From the NCBI GenBank assembly GCA_965655095.1, contig OZ296656.1, positions 27,838,001 through 27,902,000 on the forward strand: DNA of 64,000 nucleotides. Direction: 5' to 3'. The notes below the pieces were generated by a model, which did not search any database, had not been told where the DNA came from, and was given only the letters and a program-made list of their open reading frames with translations. A program made the translations under genes and the position numbers. The DNA comes from Haplodiscus bocki (Eukaryota). The first letter of the stretch is position 1. Each line of letters begins with the position of its first letter. Of this stretch, positions 14,475 through 26,820 are shown in pieces.

Positions 14475-14587
14475 GTTCGTCTAGTAGTTTTGTTATTCTT
14501 CATTCATTGTTCTTCATGATGCGCTTGTGGCGTTTTATATATTTTTTTGCTATCTCTTATTGAGACTCATAACACTCAATGTTTCAG

Positions 14588-14608
14588 CTTGCAATGTTGG
14601 GCGAATAG
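14588..14608 (+). CDS. SCFD1: Sly1/SCFD1 terminal exon with stop codon
   Basis: tttcag acceptor. Encodes LAMLGE*, matching the Sly1 C-terminus (LSQLG..). Confidence 0.85.
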   Translation, partial: LAMLGE

Positions 14609-17600
14609 TTTGAAGAAACTAGTTTGAGAATTGTCTGGCTTTGAGCTGAGAAAAGAAAGCTGAATGTGTGTAGTACAACCGTCGGTGGTGGCATTTTCTT
14701 CACTCCAAAAGAAGCATCTCTTCCAACTGCGTGTTCATTTGTTTTGTACCTCAGTGTAAAAATGTTGCATAATCTTTGACTGAAATGTGGTGTATAACAT
14801 CGAAATTTATCAACAAAATTTAATTGCTATTTAATTATCATTACACCGGTTCTTTTTTGAGCAGGTCATTATGAAAAAAATAAAGCAAGTATGTACAGAT
14901 ACAACATGTTGTTCCATACTCAAGCATGTAAAATTTATCGCTATCAAGATCCCGAAAATGGCGTCGAATGCAAGCCTTGAAGATAAAAGGCATCAGCGCG
15001 CTGAACTGCACTCCACTATTTAAAAATTTATTGAGGAGTCCCAAAAATGCCTGAGATTAACGGAAATTGAATGCAAACTAACTAGGCAATAGATATTGCG
15101 CGAAAACACTAGTAATGGGAGAGTCAACGCAGACGCATAATCTAAAGTTGAGTTCAACTCTGAGCAGTATCTTTAGAAATCAATTATATCTTTCCAATCA
15201 TTTTACAATGGACAAAGCAAAACGGGGATGAAAAGGCGAGGTTGATGAATTTGAAAATTGCCTGGAAAAATGTGGAAATATGCGTTGAAAGTTGTCTGGG
15301 TCATGGATGGGGTTTGTGCGTTTATTCATTACACCTAGTTATAAGCGGTTGTATTTGGTCCCAACGAAGTTAATTGTGGTTCGTCTTTTTCCGTGCCTAC
15401 CCAACACAATGAAACACCGCGGTTTCCTAAGAGTGCGACTGGAATTTTTAGAAAACTTTGGAAGAATTCGATTGAGAAAATACGTTTTCGTAGTGGACAA
15501 AGATACCGTGAGAAAGTGCATTGAGTTATCAAATTAATCCTAGTTGCTATAATAGACACTTCAAACAAATTGGAATTTCCGCCAGAAAATGCTTACTTCC
15601 TCTTGACTGCAAGTATTGGTCATGGTCAGTAAATTTTGCAGTTTTCGTAGAAATTTTGAGAACGATCCGAGACAGGAAGAAATGCTGAAAGGCGCCTTTG
15701 ATCTTTAGGATTTTCGGATATCATCTTCAATTCACTTTTACAGTATGTTGAAAATATATTTTAAAAAATGAGCAATATGCGTTTTGAAAAAATGACATTA
15801 AACATTTGCCAATTTGTGTCGAAAATTCACGTTTCCACGCAAAACTACCATGATGAATGTAATGCAGCCTGTAATTGAGATGATTGCTGAGATTGAATGA
15901 CAACGAAATTCAATGAGAGGTACAGCAGCTTTGCGATAAGTTCCGTCAACGGTCGCTCAGAAATCGCTCAAAAACGAAATGGCTGAAAATTTCGAAAAAG
16001 CGGAAATATTCAGAATTCGAGTGAAGAAGCTTCGGCAGGGTTGTCAGCACTGCATTCTAGGTGTCCAGAGGAACGTTTAGGTGCTAATTTTATTCTGGCA
16101 AACGTGATTTTAAACATGCGGAATTGGCGAATTTCCCGAGAAAAAGTACTTATTGAGAGAATGATACGCTTTTCATAGTATACATTACGGTCGAAACTTT
16201 TTACCATTTTTTTGGAACTTTAGGTCTTTCAAAATTGCCAGACAAATACTGGTAAAAATTTAAATGGAAAAGCTCCAAAAGGGACTGCTGATTGGAACAT
16301 TGATGGATGTATTGAAGCTGGAATTTTAGGCGAAACTTGAGTTTAATAAATGCGGAAGATCAAAGCTAACAGCAAATTTGTGGAATTTTGGACCCAAAAA
16401 GTACTGATGGAACACGCAAACACAGCAACGAGTTGGATATGAAGTTGCTGGAAATCGTAGAAGACTAGTTTAGAACCTTGCTTGATAAAATACAACGGAT
16501 ACTTATGGCAGGGAAAGATCGATTTTCGCGGAAAATGAATACTAGTAACACTTTTTGCTTGGTGTGGCTTTTGTTTATTTTTTTACCAAAACACTGATGG
16601 AAGACGCAAAACGGTGACAGATTACGTGTAGTTGCTTCTACAAGTAGAGGACTCTGTAATAATACAGTCGGCTGTTTTGAAAAAAATTTTAGTTTGAATC
16701 TCGCGGAAAATCAATTTCCGGAACTAACTGTCAGACTGTGGGGATTCCAAAAGAAAACGGAGTACTAAAAATGGGTAAAACCAAAAGGATTTCAGAATTA
16801 GAAAACTTGATTGGGAACCTGATGGATGTAATCCACCTAGTAGTTATGGCGAAAGTAGAATTCGTATACAGCGTAAAATTATTATTGAAACAGTTTGTTG
16901 CCACTTTTAGTCCACCAGAACTCCAACGCAAGACAGAGTTTTATTAAGGGGTCATTAAAAAAGTTTTTGTAGGGAAAAACAATATTTGGGATCTTGATGT
17001 TCGTAATCCAGCCGGTGGTTGTGGCGGGAATCGAGTTAAATATTGCGGGAAAACAATACCAGAAAAGTTTTTTTTTCGCCTGTGAGAAATCTGATGAAGT
17101 AATCAAAATCCTAGATTTCGTTATTGATTTCCTGTATACATGTTGCAAGTTGTCCATTGATGTCTTGAAGGGATAACTTAAACCAGTAGTTTTGGGAAGT
17201 GAAGGTTTTAAAATCGATCATAGGCATTATCATTGGCACATTTTACCATGTGCGGTCTGTCCGGATTCCAAAACAAAAATCAAATCTGGCAGTTTTGTGG
17301 TGAAGGCTTCTGCACAAAAAACGACTGAGGACCTGCTGGATGATATCAAGCCAGAGTTTTGGAAATAAGACAAATTGAAAATCGAAAGAATAGCAATACT
17401 GATTGATTTTTGGCCTATGGGAAATGCAATGCAAAAAACAATATCCAACTTTTGAATGATGAATTCCATTCTAAAAGTTGAACGACGTCAATTGAGACTG
17501 ATAGAAAAAATGGAGGGGGAAGTTTTGTTGGAAAATAATTTTGGTCAGAAAGGAAAATCAATACCCCTTTTCCAACTATTTTGAACTAAAATGATTAGAC

Positions 17601-19520
17601 AAAAAAGATGTTCCCCCAGACAATGTTTTCGTTTTTTTTTCGAAACCTGGAAAATATCACATCTTTTTTGTCAGAGATTTGGCCTCAATTTTGTATGTTT
17701 TTCTGCAATAAATTTTTTCATTTTTTTAAATCATTATTGTTATCATGAAGTTCAAAAAATTTCGGCGTCTTCTGTTTTTTGGATTTTTAATTTCAAGTCA
17801 AATTATTCAAAATAGCTCAAAAGTTTCGAAATTTTACGCCAAAAGCCGAAAAATTCAAAAATAGAAATATAATATTTCCAATGTTTTCAGACTACTTGTT
17901 TAATATAGGAAGAATATTGATAAAATGTCAAAACTCGTTGAAATAAAATGTCAGTCGGAGTTGGGATCATTCTAAGCCTTCGTAGTGACGGAATGCTGGT
18001 AATTTATTGTCATTGTCAGTGACCACTAAGCTTTAGAGGTAAGCAATGAAAAATGTGAAAGTAATCGCGAAGTTACTTGAGAAAGTAACTTAGAATTGGC
18101 AAACGCTCAATGAAAAAAGTCTACACACTGGGGGAACGATTTTCCTTTCGTAATATGTCACGACGGAAAACAACAAGAACTAGACATTACGTCAGCAATG
18201 CTAACTTCAATGCACGCAATGTGAACCATTTTTACGTGAAAAGCCGTACGCGTAGTATGGCTCTAGCTTCCAGCTGTAAACCAGCCGGAAGGTTTCACGT
18301 TGATTGGATTTGACATGCCAATCATAGACGGACAGTTCAACACAACCACATTGACACATATAAATTTGACACTATTCAATCATAAGACTTTCTTCATGAA
18401 CCTAGTTGCAGTCAAGGTAACTCCATTTGCCAAGTAGGAATGCATATGGCCGCGGTATGGCATACCTGAGTTCATTACTAGTCTCACCCACAATGTTATC
18501 GAAATTGCTCATAGAATCTCAATTTTTTTAGACTACTATTCGTAGGGACGTTGAAAAATCGGTATGTGAGTGCAAGACGAAAAATGCTGATGTCGGTCCG
18601 ATTCAGGTGTGACATATTCGCTGAGAAAACACTGTAGTTTTCATTGATGTTGATTTTTTCTAAAGTATTCAAACAAGATATAAGCACAAATATTAATAAC
18701 TTGTTCTACATTTTCAATTTGACATCGGAAAAATGCCATGGGCCGCCGGAAACCACTGTTTTCGATGAATGACATTCCATGGCGTTTCAACTCCGAATTC
18801 CGATTGTCTATACTTCCTCCTCGAAGGTTCGATGCCAGCCGGGGAGCATTTGCTCTTTCAATTTTTTCAAAGTAGATTTTGCGGAAATATGGTCATGATT
18901 TATCAAATGCTTCAATGTTATTGACAAGTTTTTGGCTTGTCAGTTGCCATTTAATATTATTGTCAGTCCAAAAACTGTCATTTTTTGTAAAGTTCAGTTA
19001 AAATATTGAAAGAAAAACTCCAACTTTGATAATTTTCTGAACGAAAGTAGCAATAGTTTTCCCGAACTGGTAAAATACTGAGTGATCATCTATTCTAAGT
19101 AATAATAGCTTGAGTAAACAATCCATAATGGAAGACAAAAATTCAATTTTTATCATTTTCGAACCCTAATATTTGTGAACTTGTACTGAGAAAAAATAAA
19201 TATACCCATGAGCTTCATCAACGCAGGAAATTTCTTGCACCAGAAATAGAAAGCGTAGTACTTGAGATCGGGGTATTAGTTCCGAGGTTTGTTAAGTAGG
19301 ATATACGAACCCTTCGTCTTCAAAATTTAACATTTTTTTTCGCTTTTCAATAATTGATTCCATTTTTCACGCTGTACATGAGTGAATCGGTTTCATTGAA
19401 GAATGTGTGTTAGTACAACAGCTGAAACTCTTTTCATTCATACCGGCTACTTTTTAGTCTGTCTGTACATTTATTCGAATCGAGATATTTAGCTGAGCAC
19501 TCAACTCTTGAAAACCGGAA

Positions 19521-19812
19521 ATGTGTCAGCGAAAAATCTCCCTTCAGTTCATTCTCGTTATCAACATAATTTCCCTGGTGCTCACTGGGGTAGCTATGAT
19601 TGTCCTTATTTGGGCATACACTCGCTATGACGCAGGCTATTACGTAGCTTTGGCTGGAGGAGATGCCAAGATAGTGAAGCTAGTCTTCTTGGGTTGTATG
19701 CTGGCTCTCGGGGGCATTATGGTTTTGTGCATTGCTGGCATTGTAGCAAGTTGCTGTTTGGAAAAAAAGTGCATGAGTTGTTATGCCATTTGCGTCATCA
19801 TTCTTCTTATAA
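19521..19812 (+). CDS. Tetraspanin-like gene, exon 1 (TM1, TM2, start of TM3)
   Basis: MCQRK then hydrophobic TM1, small loop, TM2 ending GIVASCCLEKKC (tetraspanin G..G..E..C pattern), and TM3 start YAICVIILLI. Phase-1 donor a|gttagt. Confidence 0.8.
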
Positions 19813-22800
19813 GTTAGTTCTAGTTTTCAAAATCTATAACCAACGAAATTGCAGTAATTAATTTGAATGATTATTATATTATGATTATTATTATAACCAA
19901 TTAGTATTAAGAAGTTAATGCAACAAAAATTGCATTCTGACTCTTTGGCTGACCAAGATACTTTTGACTCATTCTTCAAAAATCCAATTGCAGTTTTCGA
20001 TATAGCAGATTTAATGGATGAATTCTTTCTGACAAAAAAATTCCAAAAGTTATTTCATCTATCTGTACTTTTTGGAATATCTTGAAATTCATGATTTTAA
20101 CGGTGAATTCGAAATGTGTCGAATAATTAACCCTCCCAATAATTTCTTAAGCTTTTCTAAATACAACCTATTGGTTGGGCATTCCAAACACGGTTTTCTT
20201 AGTTTTAATTTTATGGCTTCCCTGTAGAATATATTCAACATTTTTTTCGAAATATGAAAAGTTTTTTGCTTGAGTAATTAGTTAATCGACTACTGCAACC
20301 AATCATTTGTGCATCACATATACAATATTAAGGTTCTGTCAAATCAACTTTTATGCATTCATTTTCCTATGAATCAAACCAAAAAAAAGGGTCAATGTCA
20401 ATCTTATGTCAATTGAGTACTTTTGAGACCGTGGGAATAATTAAAATTTCTTTGAATTTCATTAATTTTCGCCCATATTTCATCTATGGAAGGAAATTCA
20501 TTTATCCAACATGCACGTTTTTTGATCGGTGATTTAGTTTACCAAGAAGCCCGACTATATCAGTAACTTATTTTTTTAAGATGGCTAATCTCGCTTTCTA
20601 TACAACGTTTTTTCTAACCAATAAATTTACAAACTGAAATCACCCACTCTTCACAGACCCAATACAGTTCTGTACAACATTCCAGAGAATTTCAAGCAAA
20701 CAATAGGAATATTTAAATTGTTTCGGAAGGTAGATTGAAGACTTTTGTGATGCCATTTTTGCAAAATCCTACTTTTCTCTTGAAAATGAATTTCCAAAAA
20801 CGTTGGTGATACCTCCTTGTGGGTCAGCCAAAAAGTTTCGACTGAGAAATAGCAGAAATTTTGTAATAACCCATCGATGATTTTTTGGAAACGTTTTGGA
20901 GCTTCGGCAACTCCTAAATTATCTTAGTTGGAGCTTTGACCTTGAATTTGTGTTGTTGACTCCATACGTTCAGAGTTTTATAGGAAAATTTCATTTTGTT
21001 GCCTATGATTTGTTCTTATAATCACAATATTTTAAATGCTTGATTCATAAATTGGAAGGAAGAGACAATCCCGAAGTTTCTCGGGAGAATTTTTCTATTT
21101 TGGAGTAGAGTTGCTATTATGTTTTATCGTCATGAAGACCCCCGTCGTCATAAGTTTCCTCATTTGCGAGCATGTTTGTTTCTCTGAGCTTATCAACTTG
21201 TAAAATTGGTTGAATCCTGCTGCTTTTCGTGACAAATTTTTTGCTAGTTTTCTTTGACAAAGCTTCTTGCTACATATGGCCACCATCATCAAGTGAACAC
21301 TCGAATCATGTATCTGTCTTGAAGTGTAGTTATTATAACCTTTGAAGTTCAGTTGAAGCGATACAGACCAACAACTTGGTAGCTAAATCAGTTGTGACTT
21401 CAATTTACAGTTCATTTATGAAAACCATTACATCGAGAAAACACCCCTTCTCGAGAACGTTTTTAATTCTGAAATGGATGAACATAAGCTATAACTTCTG
21501 ATAAGCCCAAGCTTTTAAGATTGCGCTGCGATGAACTTCTCATTCTGTTAATAATCCCGGTAAACTGGCACCTTCAGTGTTGACTGGCTTGAACATATCC
21601 GGGAGCGATGCACAAAAACACGAAATTTTCAGTTGGAGAACTGGATTGATCTCTTTGGCGTAGCAATAGAAGCAATTTTTCCAATTCCTTCGAATGAACC
21701 TACTACAACCACTAGAACAGTTAGGCAACAAGCTCTTCTGTGAGAGTTGACCGAAGAGGCAGCAGACTGAAACGTCGTCAGTACTATTTTCTATTCCCTA
21801 GGACATTCAGCCAAAATTTACCCATCAGATAATTTTGCTACTATGCGAATTGCAATAATCCCCAAAGATTACCTAAAGATATGCAGAGAAATATTCATAG
21901 TCAAGACAAATTAAGCGTTGGACACAGTTTAGGTTTTCTGACTAAAACAGAAATAAGGTGAAAACTTACAGCAATTCCCGGATGCCCTGAACGTACTAAC
22001 GGCGAAATGGAATTTTGAGGTACAGTTGCAAAGTTTGGTGTACGACTTGTTTATTTTGGATATGCACGAGACGGTGCAAGAGAGACTGGGCCCTGAACCG
22101 AAAAATGGTCCCGGTGGGAGTTTTGAAAATTGCAGTAGCTTTTGAAGAAGAGGTAACAGAACAACCATCTTCCGGGGAAGAAAAAAGGGTTTTTGAAAAT
22201 GAAACGATAATTGAACCAACTGCAAGCTCTGTAGCATAACAAACAAGGATGTTTTCTTTGACAACAGTTTAAATACGTATTTTGTCCAAAGGAGCGATGC
22301 TACAAGTAATAATGTCGAAGGTACATGGAATGAAGGCAAAGCAGAAAAGAATTTGGTGTATTTCAATTTGATACAAGAAATAACATTCTAAAAGTCTTCA
22401 AACAACTATAATATGATGAGTCAATCTAGCGAATCTGTAAGGAGCCCTGATTGGAGTGCTTAATCTAAAATTATATAGTTAATTTTTACCGGTCAGTTTT
22501 TCGGCTAGAGGTAATTTTTCTTAAGAGACCTTGAAGTGGTAATTTTTCAGATCGTTTATCTGAACCTCCAGGCTGTAGAATGAAAGAAGTTGGGTATGAT
22601 TTCCCTAAGGACATGAAAATTTAAATGTAGCTTGTGTATCTCATCAGTTTTTTTCTATTAATTTCTCAGGCGACTCTGGAAAAGTTTTCATGAGCAAAGC
22701 GATACGAAAAGTTCAGAAAATTAAATACAAAAGTCGGAAAATGGACAAGCTACTATCCTCATTTGCTGGTTCTTTTATAAACCAGATTGAATGAAAAGTT

Positions 22801-23864
22801 TCCATTTTGGTAAAAAATTGTGTGTTGTATTGCAAGTTTTCAATTAATTAATACTGTTGTAATTTTTTCCTTAAATCCCCAATTTTGTGACCTTTTACCC
22901 AATTTAGCCTTTTATGTGTTAAATGTAGAGGTAAAAAGATACGTGGATGGTGTGAAAAACTTTTGAATGTAGTTCAATGTGTTCCAAAAGATTAGTATAG
23001 AAATAGAAAAAAAATATGATATTATTCAATTTTAATAAAAAATAATTAACATATGTAAAGGTTATTTTAAGAGGAAAAGAAAATGATATTTTTGTTCCTC
23101 CAAGCTAAATACCACTTGGATGATAAACGCATACTTAGAATGCATAACGAACAATTAGGCTTGGATTAACAGCTCCTCGGCAAAAGCAGGGAATATAAAG
23201 AGAACATCAACGGAGTCACCCGAGCTTTCAACTCAGAAATCACTTCACTCAGATATTAAAACAGACAAGAACAAAACAAGTAGGTAATGGGAAATTAAAA
23301 GTTGGACCATGTTATAGCGGTGAAACGTATCTTATGATTTAAATATCTTAGTGAAAATAGAACTTATTTATCAGGTTTTCTGAACAGCACAGAAACAATG
23401 AAGTCAACGTAGAAGTCACCTCCTCGGATAGCCACAGATTGGAGATATATTAGGATGTTAGACATACCCGGGTCGAAATTTTGGCTGACCTTTTTCAACG
23501 GTGGCGACATCGGCCGAAAAACGCACGTATTTCGTGGAAAAACCGGTGGTGACCGGCGTTCCTTCGAAGTTTAGCTGCGGTTACCGGCGTTTCTTGGAAA
23601 AATGGGAGCGGTTACCAGCATTTCGGGGGAAAATTACGGCAGTAACCGTACTTTCGTAGCAAAATTCAGCCGTTAAAAGACTTTTTCAATGTTGATTTTA
23701 ATTTTGTTCAAAATGTGTTTTCCTGATGTGTATTACGTTTCTGGGCCACACCCAAAAATAAACCTTTTTCCAGAGGTTGAAAAAGGGAAAGTTGAAAATA
23801 AAAAATTCTCAGTTTCAATCTTCTTCAAAAATCCTCTGTTCAATTCACCAAAACATAGGATGTA

Positions 23865-24144
23865 AGTAGTGTATAAAAAAGCATTTGACACCAGGCGCGC
23901 ACGACGCATCCTCGTCCGACACCAACCACTCAACAAAATCACAAAAATACAAATCCTAGGGTGTATAATTATACAATAAATAATAATTAGAAGAATAAAA
24001 ATATATTAATCAAATAATTGAATGAATACAATAAAAAATATTTACACCCTAGGATTTATATTTTTGTGATTTTGTTGAGTGGTTGGTGTCGGACGAGGAT
24101 GAGATCCTTTGCGACTGATGTCAAATGCTTTTTTATACACTACT
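23865..24144. repeat. Left terminal hairpin (arms 23865-23965 and 24043-24144)
   Basis: 26-bp perfect stem, 16/17-nt bubble, 59-bp stem with one mismatch, 77-nt AT-rich loop. Confidence 0.97.
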
Positions 24145-24347
24145 TAAGTCGTGAAAGTATATGATTATGTTTACTTAGAAATAAAATTGAAATTATAAAA
24201 TTACTTATATATTCTAGATCTTTATAATTTTTACCAAAACGTCACCGGTGTGTTAGCTTTAATCTCCTCTACAAATGTTAGAAAGTATGTATATACATTT
24301 CCACATTTACGCAAACGTATATTTTTAAGTTGAAACGATACTGAGAA

Positions 24348-24430
24348 TTTCACAAAATTCTTCACAAAAAACTTCACAATTTGTGAAAAAATTTGTGAAA
24401 AATTCACAGGCTGTGACGTTTTTTGTGAAA
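24348..24430. repeat. Array of TTCACAA/TTGTGAA heptamers
   Basis: Three ttcacaa copies then ttgtgaa copies at 12-nt spacing around ttcacaa-t-ttgtgaa. Confidence 0.7.
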
Positions 24431-24589
24431 AAATTTACTGGCTAACGAATGATAAAAAAAATATACACTTAGAAAGCTCGTTAAAAGTTTAGTATACCCT
24501 GAAAATTTCATCATTGTATCTAATACCATCTTCGAGAAATATGATCGTTAACACTTTGCTTAAACATGTAGAGATTATAAAATTTTAAG

Positions 24590-24832
24590 CTAGAACAAAG
24601 TGTGATATATCATTGGATAGCTTGTTGAAATATAAGTGTACGCTGAAATTTGCAGCTCTATATCTATTATATTCTTAGAGAAAATTGATGGAATTATAAG
24701 ATTTCTTTTTATTAGATAATATTTTTTCATGATATCTTGCATTTCTTTGTCCTCTCGATACAAACTTTTTAGATTTGTTGTTATTTTTAACTTGTCTAGT
24801 TTTTCAAAGCATTCTTTTGATTTTACAACCAT
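24590..24832 (-). CDS. Polinton hypothetical protein
   Basis: 80-aa ORF starting at TATAAATG like its neighbours. Confidence 0.5.
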   Translation of the reverse strand: MVVKSKECFEKLDKLKITTNLKSLYREDKEMQDIMKKYYLIKRNLIIPSIFSKNIIDIELQISAYTYISTSYPMIYHTLF

Positions 24833-24840
24833 TTATATGA

Positions 24841-25450
24841 TCACAATCTGGCCAAGCAAAGATATACGTAATTATCATCGCGACTCACTGGTCTATATCT
24901 ATGCCACAGAAAACCATACTTAATATCTTTCTCAAGATCATTTAATTTTGTTATATGTTTAAGCAAATTCGATTTTAATACTTTTCTAGGTTGTTCAAGA
25001 CGATGTCTCGGAGTCATAATGTAATAATACGAGTAAAACGTAATTGATAAATTTTTTATAACTGTTTCAAGAGATAATTTTTCACCTTTCATCAAAACAT
25101 GCCCTCGTATACGATATAGTATTTCCTCACAAACGGGATATAAATAACGAAAAACCTCATCACCAAAACCATATTTTATCAGTCTTTTTTTTAGTCTTAT
25201 CATACCAAATCACTAAATCCTCACCAAATAAATTACACTTTACCAATGTTTTAAAGATTGGAAATTTTAATCTATTAGTATGAACATACTCACGAATAAC
25301 TCTGTAAAAGTCTTTCCAATAGACATCGCCAATATTGTGTTTTTGTCTTATATATGATTTCATGTGTAAATGACTTTTAGACTTAATGTGTCTTGTTTTT
25401 GATTTTCGTTTAATCGTTTTATCGCAAATATCGCAAAAGTAATCCATCAT
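24841..25450 (-). pseudogene. Polinton C2H2 zinc-finger protein, probably one frameshifted gene
   Basis: N-terminal CDICDKTIKRKSKTRHIKSKSH finger. ORFs 25160-25450 and 24841-25203 overlap around a homopolymer run. Confidence 0.55.
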
Positions 25451-25470
25451 TTAATATACTTCAAAGTCTT

Positions 25471-25785
25471 TTAATTATCATCTCCAATTATCAATTTACC
25501 ATTATTATCTTTAATTAATTTCTCAAATGAGAGCATGTATAATATATTTTCTCTTAAATCATGAATATTTGCAATAATATTTTCAATATCATTATCATGA
25601 ATTTTCAAAATTATATCGTCAATTATAGACAGTGATGCAATAATCGTTGTATGTGGAATTGTTTTATGAAAACTCTCAATTATATATTTTCGTACTTGAT
25701 TGAGTTCTTCTGCAACTCCTATATTTTCATGATCGTAAAATAATGCATGATTACAAAAATTTAATATATCTTTTATTGTCTCCAT
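25471..25785 (-). CDS. Polinton hypothetical protein
   Basis: 104-aa ORF, TATAAATG start, tightly packed. Confidence 0.6.
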   Translation of the reverse strand: METIKDILNFCNHALFYDHENIGVAEELNQVRKYIIESFHKTIPHTTIIASLSIIDDIILKIHDNDIENIIANIHDLRENILYMLSFEKLIKDNNGKLIIGDDN

Positions 25786-25804
25786 TTATAAAGTAAAAAT
25801 TATA

Positions 25805-26329
25805 TTAATCATAATTCGAATGAATTTTATTTATTTTTATATTCTCAAGTTTCATAATATTATCATAATCAATATCAAACAAATTATCAATATCATCTAT
25901 ATCAATACTTTTTCTCTGTACAAATCTAAAATATGGTGTTGAATAATAAATATTTTCCCAACCTATTGCTATACTATATGGTGATAAATTATTACTCATA
26001 TTTGAGATATATTTATAAATTTTATCATTAGTTAGAAAACTACATACTTTATCACTGCCGATAAAAACATAGATATGTTTATTATTTTCTTCATTTACTC
26101 TAAGCAGAATAGTATTTCCATTGAACACTTCTCTATTTCTAGCTCCCGAAAATTCTGTCATATTACAATCTTCACTCTTGCCAATAAATGTCTCCATAGG
26201 ATTAACTTCGTATATAATATTATCATCATCAGAAACATCCTCCAATCTCTGTACACGAACCCATCCTTTATTGCGAGTAGTAACAGCTAAGCGTTCACAA
26301 TTACCTTCGCAGACATATATAATCGTCAT
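25805..26329 (-). CDS. Polinton hypothetical protein
   Basis: 174-aa ORF in very AT-rich DNA, TATAAATG start. Confidence 0.7.
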   Translation of the reverse strand: MTIIYVCEGNCERLAVTTRNKGWVRVQRLEDVSDDDNIIYEVNPMETFIGKSEDCNMTEFSGARNREVFNGNTILLRVNEENNKHIYVFIGSDKVCSFLTNDKIYKYISNMSNNLSPYSIAIGWENIYYSTPYFRFVQRKSIDIDDIDNLFDIDYDNIMKLENIKINKIHSNYD

Positions 26330-26577
26330 TTATATAGAGAAAAATTACTTTCAAGATACTTTGTTCTACTAATTTTCATTTTTAATTCCATATCTAAATC
26401 TGATATCTTTATCGACATTTTATTTATTAATTCTTTAAGAATATTATTCTGAATTAAATTATCATATACTATCTCATTTTTACGATCACAAGTTAATCTA
26501 TTATATCTATCTAACATATTATTTATTTTCATACATATGAAATGATCTTTTTTAATCACATCTATAAACGCTTCCAT
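26326..26577 (-). CDS. Polinton hypothetical protein
   Basis: 83-aa ORF whose stop overlaps the next start (ATGA). Confidence 0.55.
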   Translation of the reverse strand: MEAFIDVIKKDHFICMKINNMLDRYNRLTCDRKNEIVYDNLIQNNILKELINKMSIKISDLDMELKMKISRTKYLESNFSLYK

Positions 26578-26638
26578 TTGTAATGTGTAGAAAATTGAGA
26601 TCTTATTTAAATCATTTCAAGTAATCTTATCTAAATAA

Positions 26639-26812
26639 ATGGAATGTGCAGATTATGAAGTTATTTATTGTGAAGATGATGGAGAATGTAGAGTATATTG
26701 TAATGTTTGTGATACTTTATGTATAGAACGATTTGATAAAAATCATTTGAAATCTCAAACCCATATGAATAATATTCGTAAAAAGAAATCTATTTCAAAT
26801 ATTTCTACTTAA
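26639..26812 (+). CDS. Small C2H2 zinc-finger protein (57 aa, below the ORF track cut-off)
   Basis: MECADYEVIYCEDDGECRVYCNVCDTLCIERFDKNHLKSQTHMNNIRKKK..; TAAATG start. Confidence 0.65.
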   Translation: MECADYEVIYCEDDGECRVYCNVCDTLCIERFDKNHLKSQTHMNNIRKKKSISNIST

Positions 26813-26820
26813 ATAAAAAT

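Noticed and set aside
23865-24144. Terminal hairpins as two independent MITE insertions
   Set aside because: Neither hairpin has its own TSD (gatgta/taagtc and tcgtcg/gatgta). The only TSD brackets the whole 19-kb element.
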